Origin: Acaryochloris marina MBIC11017 | Lineage (GTDB): Bacteria; Cyanobacteriota; Cyanobacteriia; Thermosynechococcales; Thermosynechococcaceae | Reading direction: 5' to 3' | NCBI RefSeq assembly: GCF_000018105.1 | Contig: NC_009925.1 | Location: 6,090,001-6,122,000, forward strand | Length of the DNA: 32,000 bases | Shown: piece after piece, positions 1 to 10,796 of the stretch | How positions within the stretch are numbered: position 1 is the stretch's first letter | How the letters are laid out: each line of letters opens with the position of its first letter | The notes under the pieces: generated by a model | Told to the model about the DNA's origin: nothing | Databases searched by the model: none | Seen by the model: the letters and a program-made list of their open reading frames with translations, nothing else | Made by a program: the position numbers and the translations under genes

Positions 1-243
1 CCGGGATGCTTTTATTTGCTCATAAGCATTTGGGTCAATATATTTGATAGCTCGTAAGCCATTAGGGAGTAAATCAACAACTTGCCCCACCCTGCGGAAT
101 TCACGCGTCTGATCGATGACCAGAATATTCGTGATGCCTCGTTTTAGAAGTGCGATCGCAGTTGCTAAGCCAACTGGGCCAGCCCCTACAATCAAAACAT
201 CATAAATATGCTGTGGGGCAGTGAAATCTGGTCCATCACTCAT
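1..243 (-). CDS. FAD-dependent oxidoreductase/monooxygenase, N-terminal part only (the gene runs off the left edge)
   Basis: Manual minus-strand translation from the ATG (complement of 241-243) gives MSDGPDFTAPQHIYDVLIVGAGPVGLATAIALLKRGITNILVIDQTREF... DVLIVGAGPVGL is a classic GxGxxG Rossmann FAD/NAD-binding motif. The ORF is absent from the supplied track because it is truncated. Confidence 0.7.
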   Translation of the reverse strand, partial: MSDGPDFTAPQHIYDVLIVGAGPVGLATAIALLKRGITNILVIDQTREFRRVGQVVDLLPNGLRAIKYIDPNAYEQIKASR

Positions 244-506
244 AGCACTCAAGCAGATATGATTTGCAAGTTTAGAATTCAGTTGCTTATAGCTTATGGG
301 TAACAGGTACCGGCAGCAATAAGCGAAACTTGCATTGATCGAGGGGATGGGACAGTTATTCAGTGAATACTCAAAGGCAGTACTTTTTAATGAATTCCAA
401 TTAGCTAGCCATACTTTTCCATAGAATCTTTACACCTGAAAACGGGGCAGCCCCTCCTTGATTTAGAACTGGTCATAATGCTAGCTGTACTCTAAAGATT
501 AGAGCA

Positions 507-1646
507 CTAGGGCATTATCCTTCTTAACTTAGTTGTTAGCTTCTTAGGGGAAGCGAGAGCTGACATTTTATAGATAATTTGACCCCGACATAATCCCAAC
601 TTGAAGAGCTTTTCAGTTCTCAACAAGTAGTTCAGCATTCTAGAAGGTCGAGACGAGGACTCTTGATGAACTGTGGTATTTTCCTGTGTACTGTTTGGAG
701 AAATCTGAATCCAAATCTCTGGAGAACTTGACCAGGGTGAAGAAGATTTTGATGAGCTACCAAGTTCCAGTTTATTAACCGCAAAGTCGACCTGGCTTGC
801 AATCCGATGCAATCCGTCAATAGAAAAGTTGTACTTATGGGCGATGTGTAAGTACATCAATAAATTACCCAGAGCAGGTAGATGCCCAAACTGATCAATG
901 CGGCTAATATCAGGCACAATCAAGACAATCTTCCCATTAGGGGTGAGATACTGACGAGCCTCTTGCAGAAAATTAAGTGGCTGATCAAGATGTTCAAAAA
1001 CGTGATGCAGATAGATTAAGTCAAACTTCGCTTTTCTTTGCTCTTCTGGCAGGGAATTTAGGTCGCCATAGTAAAGATGTTTAACTCCATAATGGCGACC
1101 CGCTTGCAAGGCTGCTACATCGTAATCACAGCCAATGGCGTCATATCCCCGTTCCTGCATGAATTTAACACTACCTCCTCCTCCACAACCAACCTCACAC
1201 AGTCGGCTTTTTGGTGTTAAGGAGTCACCAGCGAATTGAAGGAGTTTCTCAGAATAACTGCTTTGGCTCGCAATATAATCTCCATAATCAGCTGAGTCAT
1301 CAACATCCATGGCATACATTTTTCGATAGATGTTGGTATAAAAATCAGCTAGGCTAGCTTCATCTAAATACGGATCAAATCTTACCGTTCCGCATCGATT
1401 ACATAAGACTGATTTTAGCGGAATGCCATATCTATCAATCTCAGAAACGAGAATATCTTCTGATGATTCTGCTCCGCAAGGACAGGCCGAATGCTGAAGA
1501 TTATATGACTTGTTGGTAATATTTAATTTTATTTTTTCTATGTAATTTTTCTGGGTTTCAGAAACAGAAGGCTGATAAGGATTATCAGAATTAAACTCAA
1601 ATCTAGGAGAAATGATTTTCCGTTCTGGTGCTAAAATCATAGTCAA
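507..1646 (-). CDS. Class I SAM-dependent methyltransferase with an N-terminal Cys4 (zinc-ribbon-like) segment and a Ser-rich C-terminal tail
   Basis: 379-aa ORF. Motif I is LCEVGCGGGGS, followed by DAIGCDYD and FDLIYLHHVFEHL, as in the Methyltransf_11/23-like core. The N-terminus has CPCG...CNRCG. Confidence 0.8.
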   Translation of the reverse strand: MTMILAPERKIISPRFEFNSDNPYQPSVSETQKNYIEKIKLNITNKSYNLQHSACPCGAESSEDILVSEIDRYGIPLKSVLCNRCGTVRFDPYLDEASLADFYTNIYRKMYAMDVDDSADYGDYIASQSSYSEKLLQFAGDSLTPKSRLCEVGCGGGGSVKFMQERGYDAIGCDYDVAALQAGRHYGVKHLYYGDLNSLPEEQRKAKFDLIYLHHVFEHLDQPLNFLQEARQYLTPNGKIVLIVPDISRIDQFGHLPALGNLLMYLHIAHKYNFSIDGLHRIASQVDFAVNKLELGSSSKSSSPWSSSPEIWIQISPNSTQENTTVHQESSSRPSRMLNYLLRTEKLFKLGLCRGQIIYKMSALASPKKLTTKLRRIMP

Positions 1647-1900
1647 AAACTTGTCGGTAAATTAAAGGTTCAAGTTTTATACTAAGTACCGGAAAGTTAT
1701 AAAGAAGTGGCTTAGATCACAAATTAAAATCCAATTTTTGAGATAAAAATAGTCTGACTTATTTAGATGAATTCAATGTAAAAATTAGAGCTATTTGCTA
1801 CCTAGCCCCAGTTCAGGTTAAGCCCATTTTTGAGATTCTTCTACGCAAGAATGCAGGTTTCAGCTTATCCCGAACTCAGGTTACCTAGGTATTTCTTTTG

Positions 1901-2839
1901 CTACAACTTCTTTGATAATCGGTTGACAATATGTTTAGCCCGAAATAAAGCGCCAGCCTGGTTTAAATGGTATTCACTATCAAAGAAATAATTTACCTGT
2001 AAGGCCATCTCTTTAGAGGTATCAATAAAATCAAGCTCAGAAGAATCCTTTAGGGCAGCACTAATTTCACCAATGGCCTCTGAATTATCCTTATAAACGT
2101 TTTCAGCCAGTGGTGGATAAGAGAAATAGACTTGTGCACCCTTATCTTTCGCAACTTGATCAAATTCCTGAATGATTCTTAAGGCCGTTTGAATTGAACT
2201 ATCCGTCACTTCCAATGTACCCTTTATCTTCGAAATATCTCGTGGTGTTCCTGTATTCGCCATCATATCTCCTACTGGACTAAAATTAACCCGTTTATAG
2301 GTTTTATCTAGTTCATAGGTCCCAGTAAGGGTCGAAATGACATTACGAATCACACCGCCTAGATAGAGTTGCCCTTTATCTAACATCACAGGAGCATAGT
2401 AATAAGGAACAAACTTTATATTTTGAAATCGATTGTCAATGGTATTAAACAGGCGTTCTGGAATATCAGGTAAATGATTAGAGAAATTCTCATATTCTAG
2501 GGAAACAACTACGACATCACCCGACGCCAACTTCTCCTCAACTTCATTCAGGGTATACTCAAGGCCAAGGGCAGCATGAAGTCCCATATTGACTGGTTGA
2601 TGGTTAAGCTGGCTGGAGATAAAGTTCGAGTTAATTCCAAAAGCAACATTAGACCCTCCCACAAAGATAATTCTGGGTTTGGCTTGCCGCTTGAGTAGAG
2701 CGTGCTTGTCGATTGTTGCAGCTAAATACTGTTTTTGTGCTAGCTGATCATGAGTTTGAATGTAGTAGAACGCAATTGCAGCGAGTATGAGGAATTGTAG
2801 CGAAGCAAACTTAAAAAGCTTAAGTAAAAACTTATTCAT
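1901..2839 (-). CDS. Membrane-anchored hypothetical protein, possibly with an SGNH/DltD-like fold
   Basis: 312-aa ORF with an N-terminal hydrophobic anchor (FASLQFLILAAIAFYYI). IIFVGGSNVAFG resembles SGNH block I and FDSEYHLNQAG resembles the DxxH block V. The functional call is weak. Confidence 0.5.
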   Translation of the reverse strand: MNKFLLKLFKFASLQFLILAAIAFYYIQTHDQLAQKQYLAATIDKHALLKRQAKPRIIFVGGSNVAFGINSNFISSQLNHQPVNMGLHAALGLEYTLNEVEEKLASGDVVVVSLEYENFSNHLPDIPERLFNTIDNRFQNIKFVPYYYAPVMLDKGQLYLGGVIRNVISTLTGTYELDKTYKRVNFSPVGDMMANTGTPRDISKIKGTLEVTDSSIQTALRIIQEFDQVAKDKGAQVYFSYPPLAENVYKDNSEAIGEISAALKDSSELDFIDTSKEMALQVNYFFDSEYHLNQAGALFRAKHIVNRLSKKL

Positions 2840-3366
2840 ATCTATTTAAGTTGTTTGTGGTGATTGGCAGTCAAATAGGTGGGTGCAATGCCATTTCTTT
2901 CTCATTAATTTGGCAGTAAAAAACCATCCCCATCATTTAAGACAGGCAATTTGAGTCACTGAGGTTACTCACTGAGTGCCCATGCTCTTATTTAGCGATA
3001 AGGTTTCTGGAAGACTTTTCAATAATCATCTTTAACCGTACACGTTTTGCTTTTTTCGCATTGTGATCGAGCTTACGTTTTCATGGTCATATCTAAAATA
3101 GTTGTCCCAAAGCCCCATTTAAGCCTCATCTGTAGTCCATCTACTCAACCAAAGAGTACGTAATGGCATGCAAGATCTTTGTTGCTTACTAGCCTATATC
3201 CTAGACCTATCAGGACTGACACCCTGTTTCTGCTATCTAAAGTTAGGGTTAATAATATAGCGGCTTACAGCTCAACTTTTATGCCAAAGTCTTCAGACTA
3301 TAGCAATCGCTAAATTCATACCGCCCCGGATACTATGTCAACGTCAATATTTGTGCTCATCAGACA

Positions 3367-4563
3367 TCATCCGATTTGGACCGATGATGATTCGAGTACC
3401 ATCTGCAAAATAGCCCCTAAACCAGAACTCATTTCTGCAGGAGTGATTTTGCCGTCATGGTCTTGATCCAGGGCATCAAATACAGCATCTGTTCCTAACC
3501 ATTCTTCCCGGGTGATACAACCATCACCATCCAGATCGTAGCTGTTAAAAATATTGGCGGTTGCAGTACTAACATTAACGTCAGCTTCTAGTCGCACCAA
3601 TCGGTTAATTAGCAATTGTTCTAAGGTTTCCAGCGCTTTACTAAACCCCTTAATCCCTTCTTCTAATTTTTCAGAAGCCATTGGATCGTCGGCATGCATC
3701 TGCAAAAAGGTTGCTTGATCGATGGCCAACTTTTCTATCTCCATCCCTGCTGCCTTACTGGGATCGAGTTTTCGCGGCACATTATCAGTACTGGCTTGTA
3801 ACTGTGCCAGTAGCTTAGGTGAAATGGTGAGGAGATCACATCCGGCTAATTCTAAGATCTCGCAAGTATTGCGGAAGCTAGCACCCATAACTTCAGTCGT
3901 ATACCCGAACTTTTTATAGTAGTTATATATCTGAGTAACAGACTGTACCCCCGGATCGTCAGAAGGTGTGTAATCTTGGCCAGTCTCTTTTTTATACCAA
4001 TCCAGAATCCGACCGACAAAAGGAGAGATTAAAGTAACCCCTGCTTCGGCACAGGCGATGGCCTGGTGGAGACCAAAAAGTAGCGTAAGGTTGCAGTGGA
4101 TGCCCTCTTTTTCCAAGACTTCTGCAGCTTGAATCCCTTCCCATGTGGAGGCGATTTTGATTAAGATGCGATCTCGGTTAATTCCTGCTTTTTCATATTC
4201 AGAAATAAGGTAACGTCCTTTGGCAATCGTGGCCTCTTTATCGTAGGAAAGTCTCGCATCAACTTCCGTTGAGACCCGCTGAGGAACGATTTCTAAAATC
4301 TTTTTGCCAAAGGATACTGCTAAGCGATCAAAGGCTAAAGACGCAATGTCTGCATGAGTTGCACCTGAACCTGCATCTGCTTTGGCTTGCAGCAAGGTTT
4401 CATCGACAATCTCTTGATATTCAGGCATTTGTGCTGCTGCAGTTATCAGAGATGGATTGGTGGTTGCATCACGGGGGGTAAACTGCTCGATCGCTTGAAT
4501 ATCACCAGTGTCAGCAACAACAACTGTAACTGCTTTGAGTTGGTCTAGTGCACTTTTGGCCAT
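3367..4563 (-). CDS. tal: Transaldolase fused to a C-terminal pair of EF-hand calcium-binding loops
   Basis: [22 protein letters not shown]...TTNPSLI...[13 protein letters not shown]... is a textbook class I transaldolase. The C-terminus has two canonical 12-residue EF loops, [12 protein letters not shown] and [13 protein letters not shown] chose the ATG at 4563 ([10 protein letters not shown]) because the 23 upstream codons of the track ORF look like a non-coding extension. Confidence 0.9.
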   Translation of the reverse strand: MAKSALDQLKAVTVVVADTGDIQAIEQFTPRDATTNPSLITAAAQMPEYQEIVDETLLQAKADAGSGATHADIASLAFDRLAVSFGKKILEIVPQRVSTEVDARLSYDKEATIAKGRYLISEYEKAGINRDRILIKIASTWEGIQAAEVLEKEGIHCNLTLLFGLHQAIACAEAGVTLISPFVGRILDWYKKETGQDYTPSDDPGVQSVTQIYNYYKKFGYTTEVMGASFRNTCEILELAGCDLLTISPKLLAQLQASTDNVPRKLDPSKAAGMEIEKLAIDQATFLQMHADDPMASEKLEEGIKGFSKALETLEQLLINRLVRLEADVNVSTATANIFNSYDLDGDGCITREEWLGTDAVFDALDQDHDGKITPAEMSSGLGAILQMVLESSSVQIG

Positions 4564-4911
4564 GACTGATTCCCTGTAGTAATGGGTGATGCCTTTACAC
4601 TGTAGCGTTGAAGAACTAGGGATTCGAGCCATGTAAGCATTGGCTCTAGTTCCCCGATCTCATTGTGAATAACAGACTTAACTTATTACACATTACTCAC
4701 TCTAGATATGGATTAATGCCATATGAACCCTATCTTGGAAAATTCTCAGAATCCTCTGGATTCAACCTCAGTTTCCTATGACTTAATCAACATAGACATT
4801 CAAAGGTTGATGCATCTCTTACTCTAATCCTCGATGGATGAGTGATTTCAATGATTGCCACGTACGTTCTGCATCAATGTCTAGTTCTGCTACCAAAACA
4901 AAGGATTAACG

Positions 4912-5238
4912 ATGCCCTCACTTCACTCCGCTATTCGTTCACTTGGTGTTTTGATTGCTGTGAGTTCTGTCAGCCTTCCGGTTTGGGCTGCTCCCCAGTC
5001 TTCTAACACAACTGCATCTAGTTTGGGGGAACCCATCATCGTTTCACCCAACACCAAATTTGTTGAGCCCACTCCGGCGACCAAACTCATTGAAGACGTT
5101 AATTCCCAACTGAAAGGCATAGAAATTTCCCGCCGTCTTTCCCCTCAGCCTGACCCTTCATTCCAGTGGCAGTCAGAGCTTCAGAACAATCAACGTCGTA
5201 GTGATCCAGGCTATCAATTCTTCCAGTCCAAGTTTTAA
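4912..5238 (+). CDS. Small secreted hypothetical protein
   Basis: 108-aa ORF with an AAGGA about 12 nt upstream. It has a signal-peptide-like N-terminus (LGVLIAVSSVSLPVWA/AP). I recognise no family. Confidence 0.5.
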   Translation: MPSLHSAIRSLGVLIAVSSVSLPVWAAPQSSNTTASSLGEPIIVSPNTKFVEPTPATKLIEDVNSQLKGIEISRRLSPQPDPSFQWQSELQNNQRRSDPGYQFFQSKF

Positions 5239-5560
5239 ATGCCACAGGAAGGTAACCTTGCACTTCCGTATCTAGGGAGGCACAAGTTGGAAGTCTGTTC
5301 AGTGCCCCAAAGCTATTTATTTGCGCGCAAATCTCCATCTCTCATCGCCAACCTTGACAGCGTTTGCAGACCATAAAGTTTGGCCTGAATCACTTATCCG
5401 TTTTCCACCTACCCTACCCCTATCAGGTCACAATTTCAGATGGGGGCATCTCAGGAGCGACCTTTGTATCATGAGTATGATAGCTCTATATCTTTTAGGA
5501 TTCTGATGTGATATTTCTGATGGAATCTGTATCCTTGATCCAAACGGTGCTTTAATTTGG

Positions 5561-6778
5561 ATGACCTTTGATATGCTCGATTCCTCAAAGATTTTCGTTC
5601 AAGGAATAGCACTCATTGCCTTCGGAGTAGTGTCTTGTACTTCCCCACAACGAACGGGTCCAAGCTCTTTAGCTTCTGAGAAACAGGAGTTGGCTGCCCA
5701 GCCAGGAGCAGCTCAATGTACCTTAGTGGACAATGGCTTTGGCCCTCAAGGACAAGTTCAGATCAGGGTGGAAGAAGTGGTATCAGGGTTAGAGGTGCCC
5801 TGGGGTATTGCCTTTTTGCCGAATAACCGCATGTTGGTAACAGAGCGGCTCGGACGAATTCGGTTGGTTCAGAATGGCAAGTTACGCTCTCAGCCTATTG
5901 CTACAGTTAGGGTCAGCGATCGGGGTGAAGGGGGATTGTTGGGGATTGCCACCCATCCTGATTTTGCCAATAACCGATTCTTCTATATCTATTTCACCGC
6001 CAGCCAGCCTGGGAAATCTGTCAATCGAGTTGAGCGCTGGCGATTGTCAGAAGATGGGGGCAAAGCAATCCGCGATCGCATTATTGTAGACAACATTCCC
6101 GTTGCTCGCTTCCATAATGGTGGACGAATTCGATTCGGCCCGGACGGGATGCTCTATATTGGCACGGGTGATGCCCGAGATCCTGACCTATCTCAGGATG
6201 TTAACAGCTTAGCGGGTAAGATATTGCGGGTAACTCCAGAAGGACAGGTCCCCGCCGATAATCCTTTTGCCAATAATCCAGTCTATATTTTGGGGATTCG
6301 CAATACCCAAGGATTTGATTGGATCAATCCTTCCACCCTTTGGGTGAGTGATCATGGTCCAAGTGGTGAGTTGGGACGGTCAGGACATGATGAAATCAGC
6401 GTGGCCCAAGCTGGAGATAATTTGGGCTGGCCCACGGTGTATCGATGTGAATCCCAACCTGGATTGGTCCCTCCGACCCTCACCTGGCGTCAAGCCCTAC
6501 CCCCTGGCGGTGCTGCAGTATACACAGGGGATGCTGTTCCAGAGTGGAAAGGGAGCTTTTTGGTAGCAGGACTGCGGGCTGAACAGTTGCAACGTATCGT
6601 CATTGATCCTCAATCCGGTCAGTTGAAGCAGCATGAAGTTTATTTGCAAGGTCAGCAAGGACGTTTGAGAGAGGCTGTGATGGGACCTGATGGTGATTTG
6701 TATATCACGACGAGTAATTGTGACGGTCGGGGTAGATGCTCAGCAGACCGAGATAAGATTCTGCGCATTACTCGCTAA
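5561..6778 (+). CDS. PQQ-dependent sugar dehydrogenase (soluble glucose/sorbosone dehydrogenase family beta-propeller), probable lipoprotein
   Basis: 405 aa. Family-typical strings are VPWGIAFLPNNRMLVTERLGRIRLV, GLLGIATHPDF, HNGGRIRFGPDGMLYIGTGD and GNLGWP. The N-terminal hydrophobic segment ends in a lipobox-like VVSC. Confidence 0.85.
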   Translation: MTFDMLDSSKIFVQGIALIAFGVVSCTSPQRTGPSSLASEKQELAAQPGAAQCTLVDNGFGPQGQVQIRVEEVVSGLEVPWGIAFLPNNRMLVTERLGRIRLVQNGKLRSQPIATVRVSDRGEGGLLGIATHPDFANNRFFYIYFTASQPGKSVNRVERWRLSEDGGKAIRDRIIVDNIPVARFHNGGRIRFGPDGMLYIGTGDARDPDLSQDVNSLAGKILRVTPEGQVPADNPFANNPVYILGIRNTQGFDWINPSTLWVSDHGPSGELGRSGHDEISVAQAGDNLGWPTVYRCESQPGLVPPTLTWRQALPPGGAAVYTGDAVPEWKGSFLVAGLRAEQLQRIVIDPQSGQLKQHEVYLQGQQGRLREAVMGPDGDLYITTSNCDGRGRCSADRDKILRITR

Positions 6779-6789
6779 TTGCTTGATGC

Positions 6790-6820
6790 ATCTCTCTTGA
6801 TCCAAGAGAGATTGGGTTTT
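6790..6820 (+). terminator. Rho-independent terminator candidate after the dehydrogenase gene
   Basis: Perfect 10-bp stem ATCTCTCTTG (6790-6799) / CAAGAGAGAT (6803-6812) with a 3-nt loop, followed by TGGGTTTT. It lies 12 nt after the stop codon. Confidence 0.6.
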
Positions 6821-7174
6821 GCCGCCGCTATTCCTTTCGGTATAGCTTGATTGTATCCATCTATAACGACGAGTGATCTTTGGTAGCTTAAGGTATGGAA
6901 GCCATCCATAACCTGTCGGTGAAATGAATATTGTAAGAGGTCTAATATACTTGGGTAGTTGTCTCATTATTGAGTAGTCACAACACCATATCTGCATGAT
7001 GTAACCCCCATTGTCTGCTGGAGTAGATACTGATTTTTCCGGGCTTCAATTTGTTAGTGATGGAAAACTTCAATCTATTTCAATGATTAATATCCCGTTC
7101 CCCGATTGATTGAGATTTGCAGTGTCTAGTTCTATCCTCAGTGCTAGAGCAGAAATACTATTCGGGAGCAATTT

Positions 7175-10100
7175 ATGTCCCGTTCCCTCAAGGTTCGTAG
7201 TGATCGTACCGACCAAGCTAAATTAGCCCTTAAACGCAATGGATTTCATAGTCAGAGAGCACTCGCTGAAGCTGCAGGTTTTTCGTTAGCAACAGTCAGC
7301 AATTTCTTACGGGGGCTACCGGTTGATTTTGCAACTTTTGTCGAGCTGAGTGCACATCTGTCTCTGGATTGGCAAAGCTTGGCTGATGTTGGCGGCTCTC
7401 AGCCAACGCCAAGCCATCAGTCTGCTGATCAGCCCCCAAGTCGTCCAGCTCAGGATCGACGTTTAAACTGGGGAGAGTCTCCAGACGTGTCCTCTTTTGT
7501 CGGTCGTTCGGCTGAACTATCGATTCTTCGCCAATGGATAGAGGTTGCTCGATGCCGCTTGATTATGATCCTGGGGATGGGAGGCATCGGCAAAACCTCA
7601 CTTTCGGTCACTTTGGTCCACCAAGTTCAAGAGAAATTTGACTGCGTAATATGGCGTAGTCTTCGGAATGCCCCCTCAGTAGAGGCTATTCTGGACCAAC
7701 TCTCTCAATGTTTTTTCCCTTCTCAGCAGAATCAAACGTCGTTGGATGCCAAAATTCTCCAGTTATTAGCGTATGTGCGAGAAAATCGTTGTTTGATTGT
7801 TCTGGATAATGTGGAATCGATTTTACAAAGTTGCGATCGCAACGACCAATTCCACGCTGCCCACGAAGGCTACCAACATCTCTTCAAAGTGATGGGTGAA
7901 ACTCAGCATCAGAGTTGTCTAATTTTGACGTCTCGGGAAGTTCCCCGATCCTTAACTACATTGACCGGAGAAACGACTCCAGTTCGAAACTTTATTCTCA
8001 AGGGTTTGCCCTATGCAGAGGCTCAGCAACTCTTTCCTTTCAAAGGCAATTTTGAAGGCCAATCTAGTGAATGGGAAACCCTGATTGACCATTACAGCGG
8101 TAATCCTCTGGCCTTAAAAATTATTGCCTCTGCGATTCAAAATTTTTTCAATGGCAATATTTCCCAATTCCTAGCCCTGCTGAAGGAAGAGACATTTGTC
8201 GTTGACGATATCCATAACTTATTAGCTGAACAATTTGATCGCCTCACCGCTTTAGAACAAGACATTATGTATTGGTTGGCTCTAAATCGGGAACCCACCA
8301 CGTGGCAAGAGCTGCAATCTGATTTAGCCAATCATCATTCATCGGCAGAGATTTTACAAGCGATCTCATCCTTAGAACGAAAGTCATTGATCGAGAAACA
8401 AAATCAAGGTTTTACTCAATCTGCCGTAGTGATGGACTTCTTGATTCAAGAGTTTGTGGAGATGATGGTCGAAGCACTGATTGCCCAAGATCTATGCCGG
8501 CTGAGTTCCCACTGTTTGATCAAGGTCAACAGCAATGATTACCTGCAAGATATACAAACTTGCTTAGTTCTAGATCCCATTACTCAAAAATTGCAGACTC
8601 ACCTTGGTTCCTTACCCCATCTTAAAGAACATCTAAAACAGATTTTGGCTCAAGCCCGACAGCAGCCGTTGCAACTTGCAGGTTACATTGGGGGCAACAT
8701 TTTCAATCTGTTACGACATTTACAGGTTGACTTAGGACATTATGATTTTTCCAATCTAACTCTGTGGCAGGCTAATCTTCAGGGGCTCCGTCTTAACAAA
8801 ATCAACTTGTCTGGATGTGATTTAGCGCATTCATCCTTTTCTCAAACCTTTAGCAGTATCCGGGCCGTTACCTTTAGCCCTGAATGGTCACAGACAGGTG
8901 TAGAGAATCAACTTTTGGCAACGGGCGATACCAGCGGTGAAATCCGCCTATGGCAGGTGCCAGAAGGACAAAATATATTAACCCTATCGGGGCATACCAA
9001 TTGGGTTTGTGCTTTAGCTTTTCATCCCAAAGAAAAGTTGCTTGCTAGTGCCAGTGCCGATCACAGCATCAAAATTTGGAATACTCATACTGGACAGTGT
9101 CTCAATACATTGATAGGCCATCGCAGCTGGGTCATGTCAGTTGCCTATAGCCCTAGCGGGAAGGAATTACAGCCATTTCTTGCCAGCTGTAGTGCAGACC
9201 GCAAGATTAAACTCTGGGATGTGCAAACGGGGCAATGCCTACAAACGTTGGCAGAACACCAACATGGCGTCTGGTCTATTGCGATTGACCCTCAAGGGAA
9301 ATACGTAGCCAGTGCTAGTGCAGATCAGACGGTTAAGCTTTGGGATGTCCAAACGGGACAATGTTTACGAACATACCAGGGGCACTCACAAGGGGTTTGG
9401 TCCGTGACCTTTAGCCCGGATGGCAAGCTTTTAGCGACAGGTAGTGCAGACCAAACCATCAAACTGTGGAATGTGCAAACGGGACAGTGCCTAAACACAT
9501 TCAAGGGCCATCAAAATTGGGTGTGGTCGGTCTGTTTTAATCCCCAAGGGGATATCCTCGTCAGTGGTAGTGCAGATCAATCTATCCGGCTGTGGAAGAT
9601 ACAAACAGGACAATGCCTTAGAATCTTGTCTGGCCATCAAAATTGGGTGTGGTCTGTCGCTGTGAGTCCTGAAGGAAATCTGATGGCCAGTGGCAGTGAA
9701 GATCGCACCTTAAGGCTATGGGATATCCACCAAGGTCAATGCCTCAAAACCTGGCAAGGATATGGTAATTGGGTGAGATCCATTGTTTTTCATCCTCAAG
9801 GAGAAGTGCTGTACAGCGGTAGCACTGACCAAGTGATCAAACGGTGGTCTGCCCAGTCTGGAAAGTATTTAGGGGCTTTATCGGAGAGTGCTAATGCCAT
9901 TTGGACTATGGCGTGCCACCCCACGGCTCAATGGTTAGCGAGTGGGCATGAAGATAGCAGTGTAAAGCTATGGGATCTTCAAACTCATCAATGCATCTAT
10001 GCCATCACTAGGCATCTCAATACAGTGTGGTCAGTTGCCTTTAATCCATCGGGAGATTACCTAGCAAGTGGTAGTGCAGATCAAACGATGAAGCTCTGGC

Positions 10101-10750
10101 AGACTGAGACAGGGCAGCTGCTACAAACCTTTTCAGGTCATGAAAATTGGGTTTGCTCCGTGGCCTTCCATCCCCAAGCAGAAGTGCTAGCGAGTGGGTC
10201 TTATGATCGCACGATTAAACTTTGGAATATGACGTCAGGGCAATGTGTGCAAACTCTGAAAGGACATACTAGCGGCTTATGGGCGATTGCGTTTAGTCCA
10301 GATGGTGAACTATTGGCAAGCTGCGGCACAGATCAAACGATTAAGCTTTGGGACGTCCAGACTGGACAATGTCTGAAAACCCTGAGAGGACATGAAAATT
10401 GGGTAATGTCGGTTGCCTTTCACCCTTTGGGGCGATTGCTAGCGAGTGCCAGTGCAGACCATACCCTCAAGGTATGGGATGTTCAAAGTAGCGAGTGTTT
10501 ACAGACATTGTCAGGTCATCAAAACGAAGTCTGGTCAGTGGCCTTTAGTTTTGATGGCCAGATCTTAGCAAGTGGAGGAGACGATCAAACCCTGAAGCTT
10601 TGGGATGTTAACACCTATGACTGTCTCAAAACCTTAAGGTCTCCCAAACCCTATGAAGGAATGAATATTACAGATGTGACCGGGTTAACGCCAGCCCAGA
10701 AGGCGACTTTGAAGTCGTTAGGTGCTAAAGATCATCCACCATGTCTATGA
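7175..10750 (+). CDS. STAND NTPase: XRE-type HTH, NB-ARC ATPase, pentapeptide repeats and 14 WD40 repeats
   Basis: 1191 aa. HTH: [22 protein letters not shown]. Walker A: GMGGIGKTS (about 7574-7600). Walker B: [14 protein letters not shown]-type ILTSRE and GNPLALK motifs are present. Pentapeptide stretch: [31 protein letters not shown]. There are 14 units of the GH..WV.SVAFSP.G..LASGS.D.TIKLW type and a C-terminal tail [26 protein letters not shown]. Confidence 0.9.
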   Translation: MSRSLKVRSDRTDQAKLALKRNGFHSQRALAEAAGFSLATVSNFLRGLPVDFATFVELSAHLSLDWQSLADVGGSQPTPSHQSADQPPSRPAQDRRLNWGESPDVSSFVGRSAELSILRQWIEVARCRLIMILGMGGIGKTSLSVTLVHQVQEKFDCVIWRSLRNAPSVEAILDQLSQCFFPSQQNQTSLDAKILQLLAYVRENRCLIVLDNVESILQSCDRNDQFHAAHEGYQHLFKVMGETQHQSCLILTSREVPRSLTTLTGETTPVRNFILKGLPYAEAQQLFPFKGNFEGQSSEWETLIDHYSGNPLALKIIASAIQNFFNGNISQFLALLKEETFVVDDIHNLLAEQFDRLTALEQDIMYWLALNREPTTWQELQSDLANHHSSAEILQAISSLERKSLIEKQNQGFTQSAVVMDFLIQEFVEMMVEALIAQDLCRLSSHCLIKVNSNDYLQDIQTCLVLDPITQKLQTHLGSLPHLKEHLKQILAQARQQPLQLAGYIGGNIFNLLRHLQVDLGHYDFSNLTLWQANLQGLRLNKINLSGCDLAHSSFSQTFSSIRAVTFSPEWSQTGVENQLLATGDTSGEIRLWQVPEGQNILTLSGHTNWVCALAFHPKEKLLASASADHSIKIWNTHTGQCLNTLIGHRSWVMSVAYSPSGKELQPFLASCSADRKIKLWDVQTGQCLQTLAEHQHGVWSIAIDPQGKYVASASADQTVKLWDVQTGQCLRTYQGHSQGVWSVTFSPDGKLLATGSADQTIKLWNVQTGQCLNTFKGHQNWVWSVCFNPQGDILVSGSADQSIRLWKIQTGQCLRILSGHQNWVWSVAVSPEGNLMASGSEDRTLRLWDIHQGQCLKTWQGYGNWVRSIVFHPQGEVLYSGSTDQVIKRWSAQSGKYLGALSESANAIWTMACHPTAQWLASGHEDSSVKLWDLQTHQCIYAITRHLNTVWSVAFNPSGDYLASGSADQTMKLWQTETGQLLQTFSGHENWVCSVAFHPQAEVLASGSYDRTIKLWNMTSGQCVQTLKGHTSGLWAIAFSPDGELLASCGTDQTIKLWDVQTGQCLKTLRGHENWVMSVAFHPLGRLLASASADHTLKVWDVQSSECLQTLSGHQNEVWSVAFSFDGQILASGGDDQTLKLWDVNTYDCLKTLRSPKPYEGMNITDVTGLTPAQKATLKSLGAKDHPPCL
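8852..10640 (+). repeat. Fourteen tandem coding repeats of about 126 bp (WD40 units)
   Basis: A recurring DNA block (for example GTGCAAACGGGGCAATGCCT, GTCCAAACGGGACAATGTTT, GTGCAAACGGGACAGTGCCT) has a period of about 126 nt inside the STAND gene. Confidence 0.85.
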
Positions 10751-10796
10751 TGAGATTAGCCGATAAGTCATTAAATGGAGAAGATTCTTTACCTAT

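Noticed and set aside
5099-5506. Two short ORFs (79 aa on the minus strand, 61 aa on the plus strand) between the small secreted protein gene and the dehydrogenase gene.
   Set aside because: They overlap each other and the neighbouring gene end, and they lack signals or motifs. They are most likely intergenic noise.
6740-6997. 85-aa minus-strand ORF downstream of the dehydrogenase gene.
   Set aside because: It overlaps the 3' end of that gene and its terminator hairpin, and has no motifs or start context.
8852-10640. Regular periodicity of about 126 bp that could at first glance suggest a repeat array or CRISPR-like structure.
   Set aside because: The period lies within one long open reading frame and encodes WD40 blades. 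There are no short identical direct repeats separated by unique spacers anywhere in the window.
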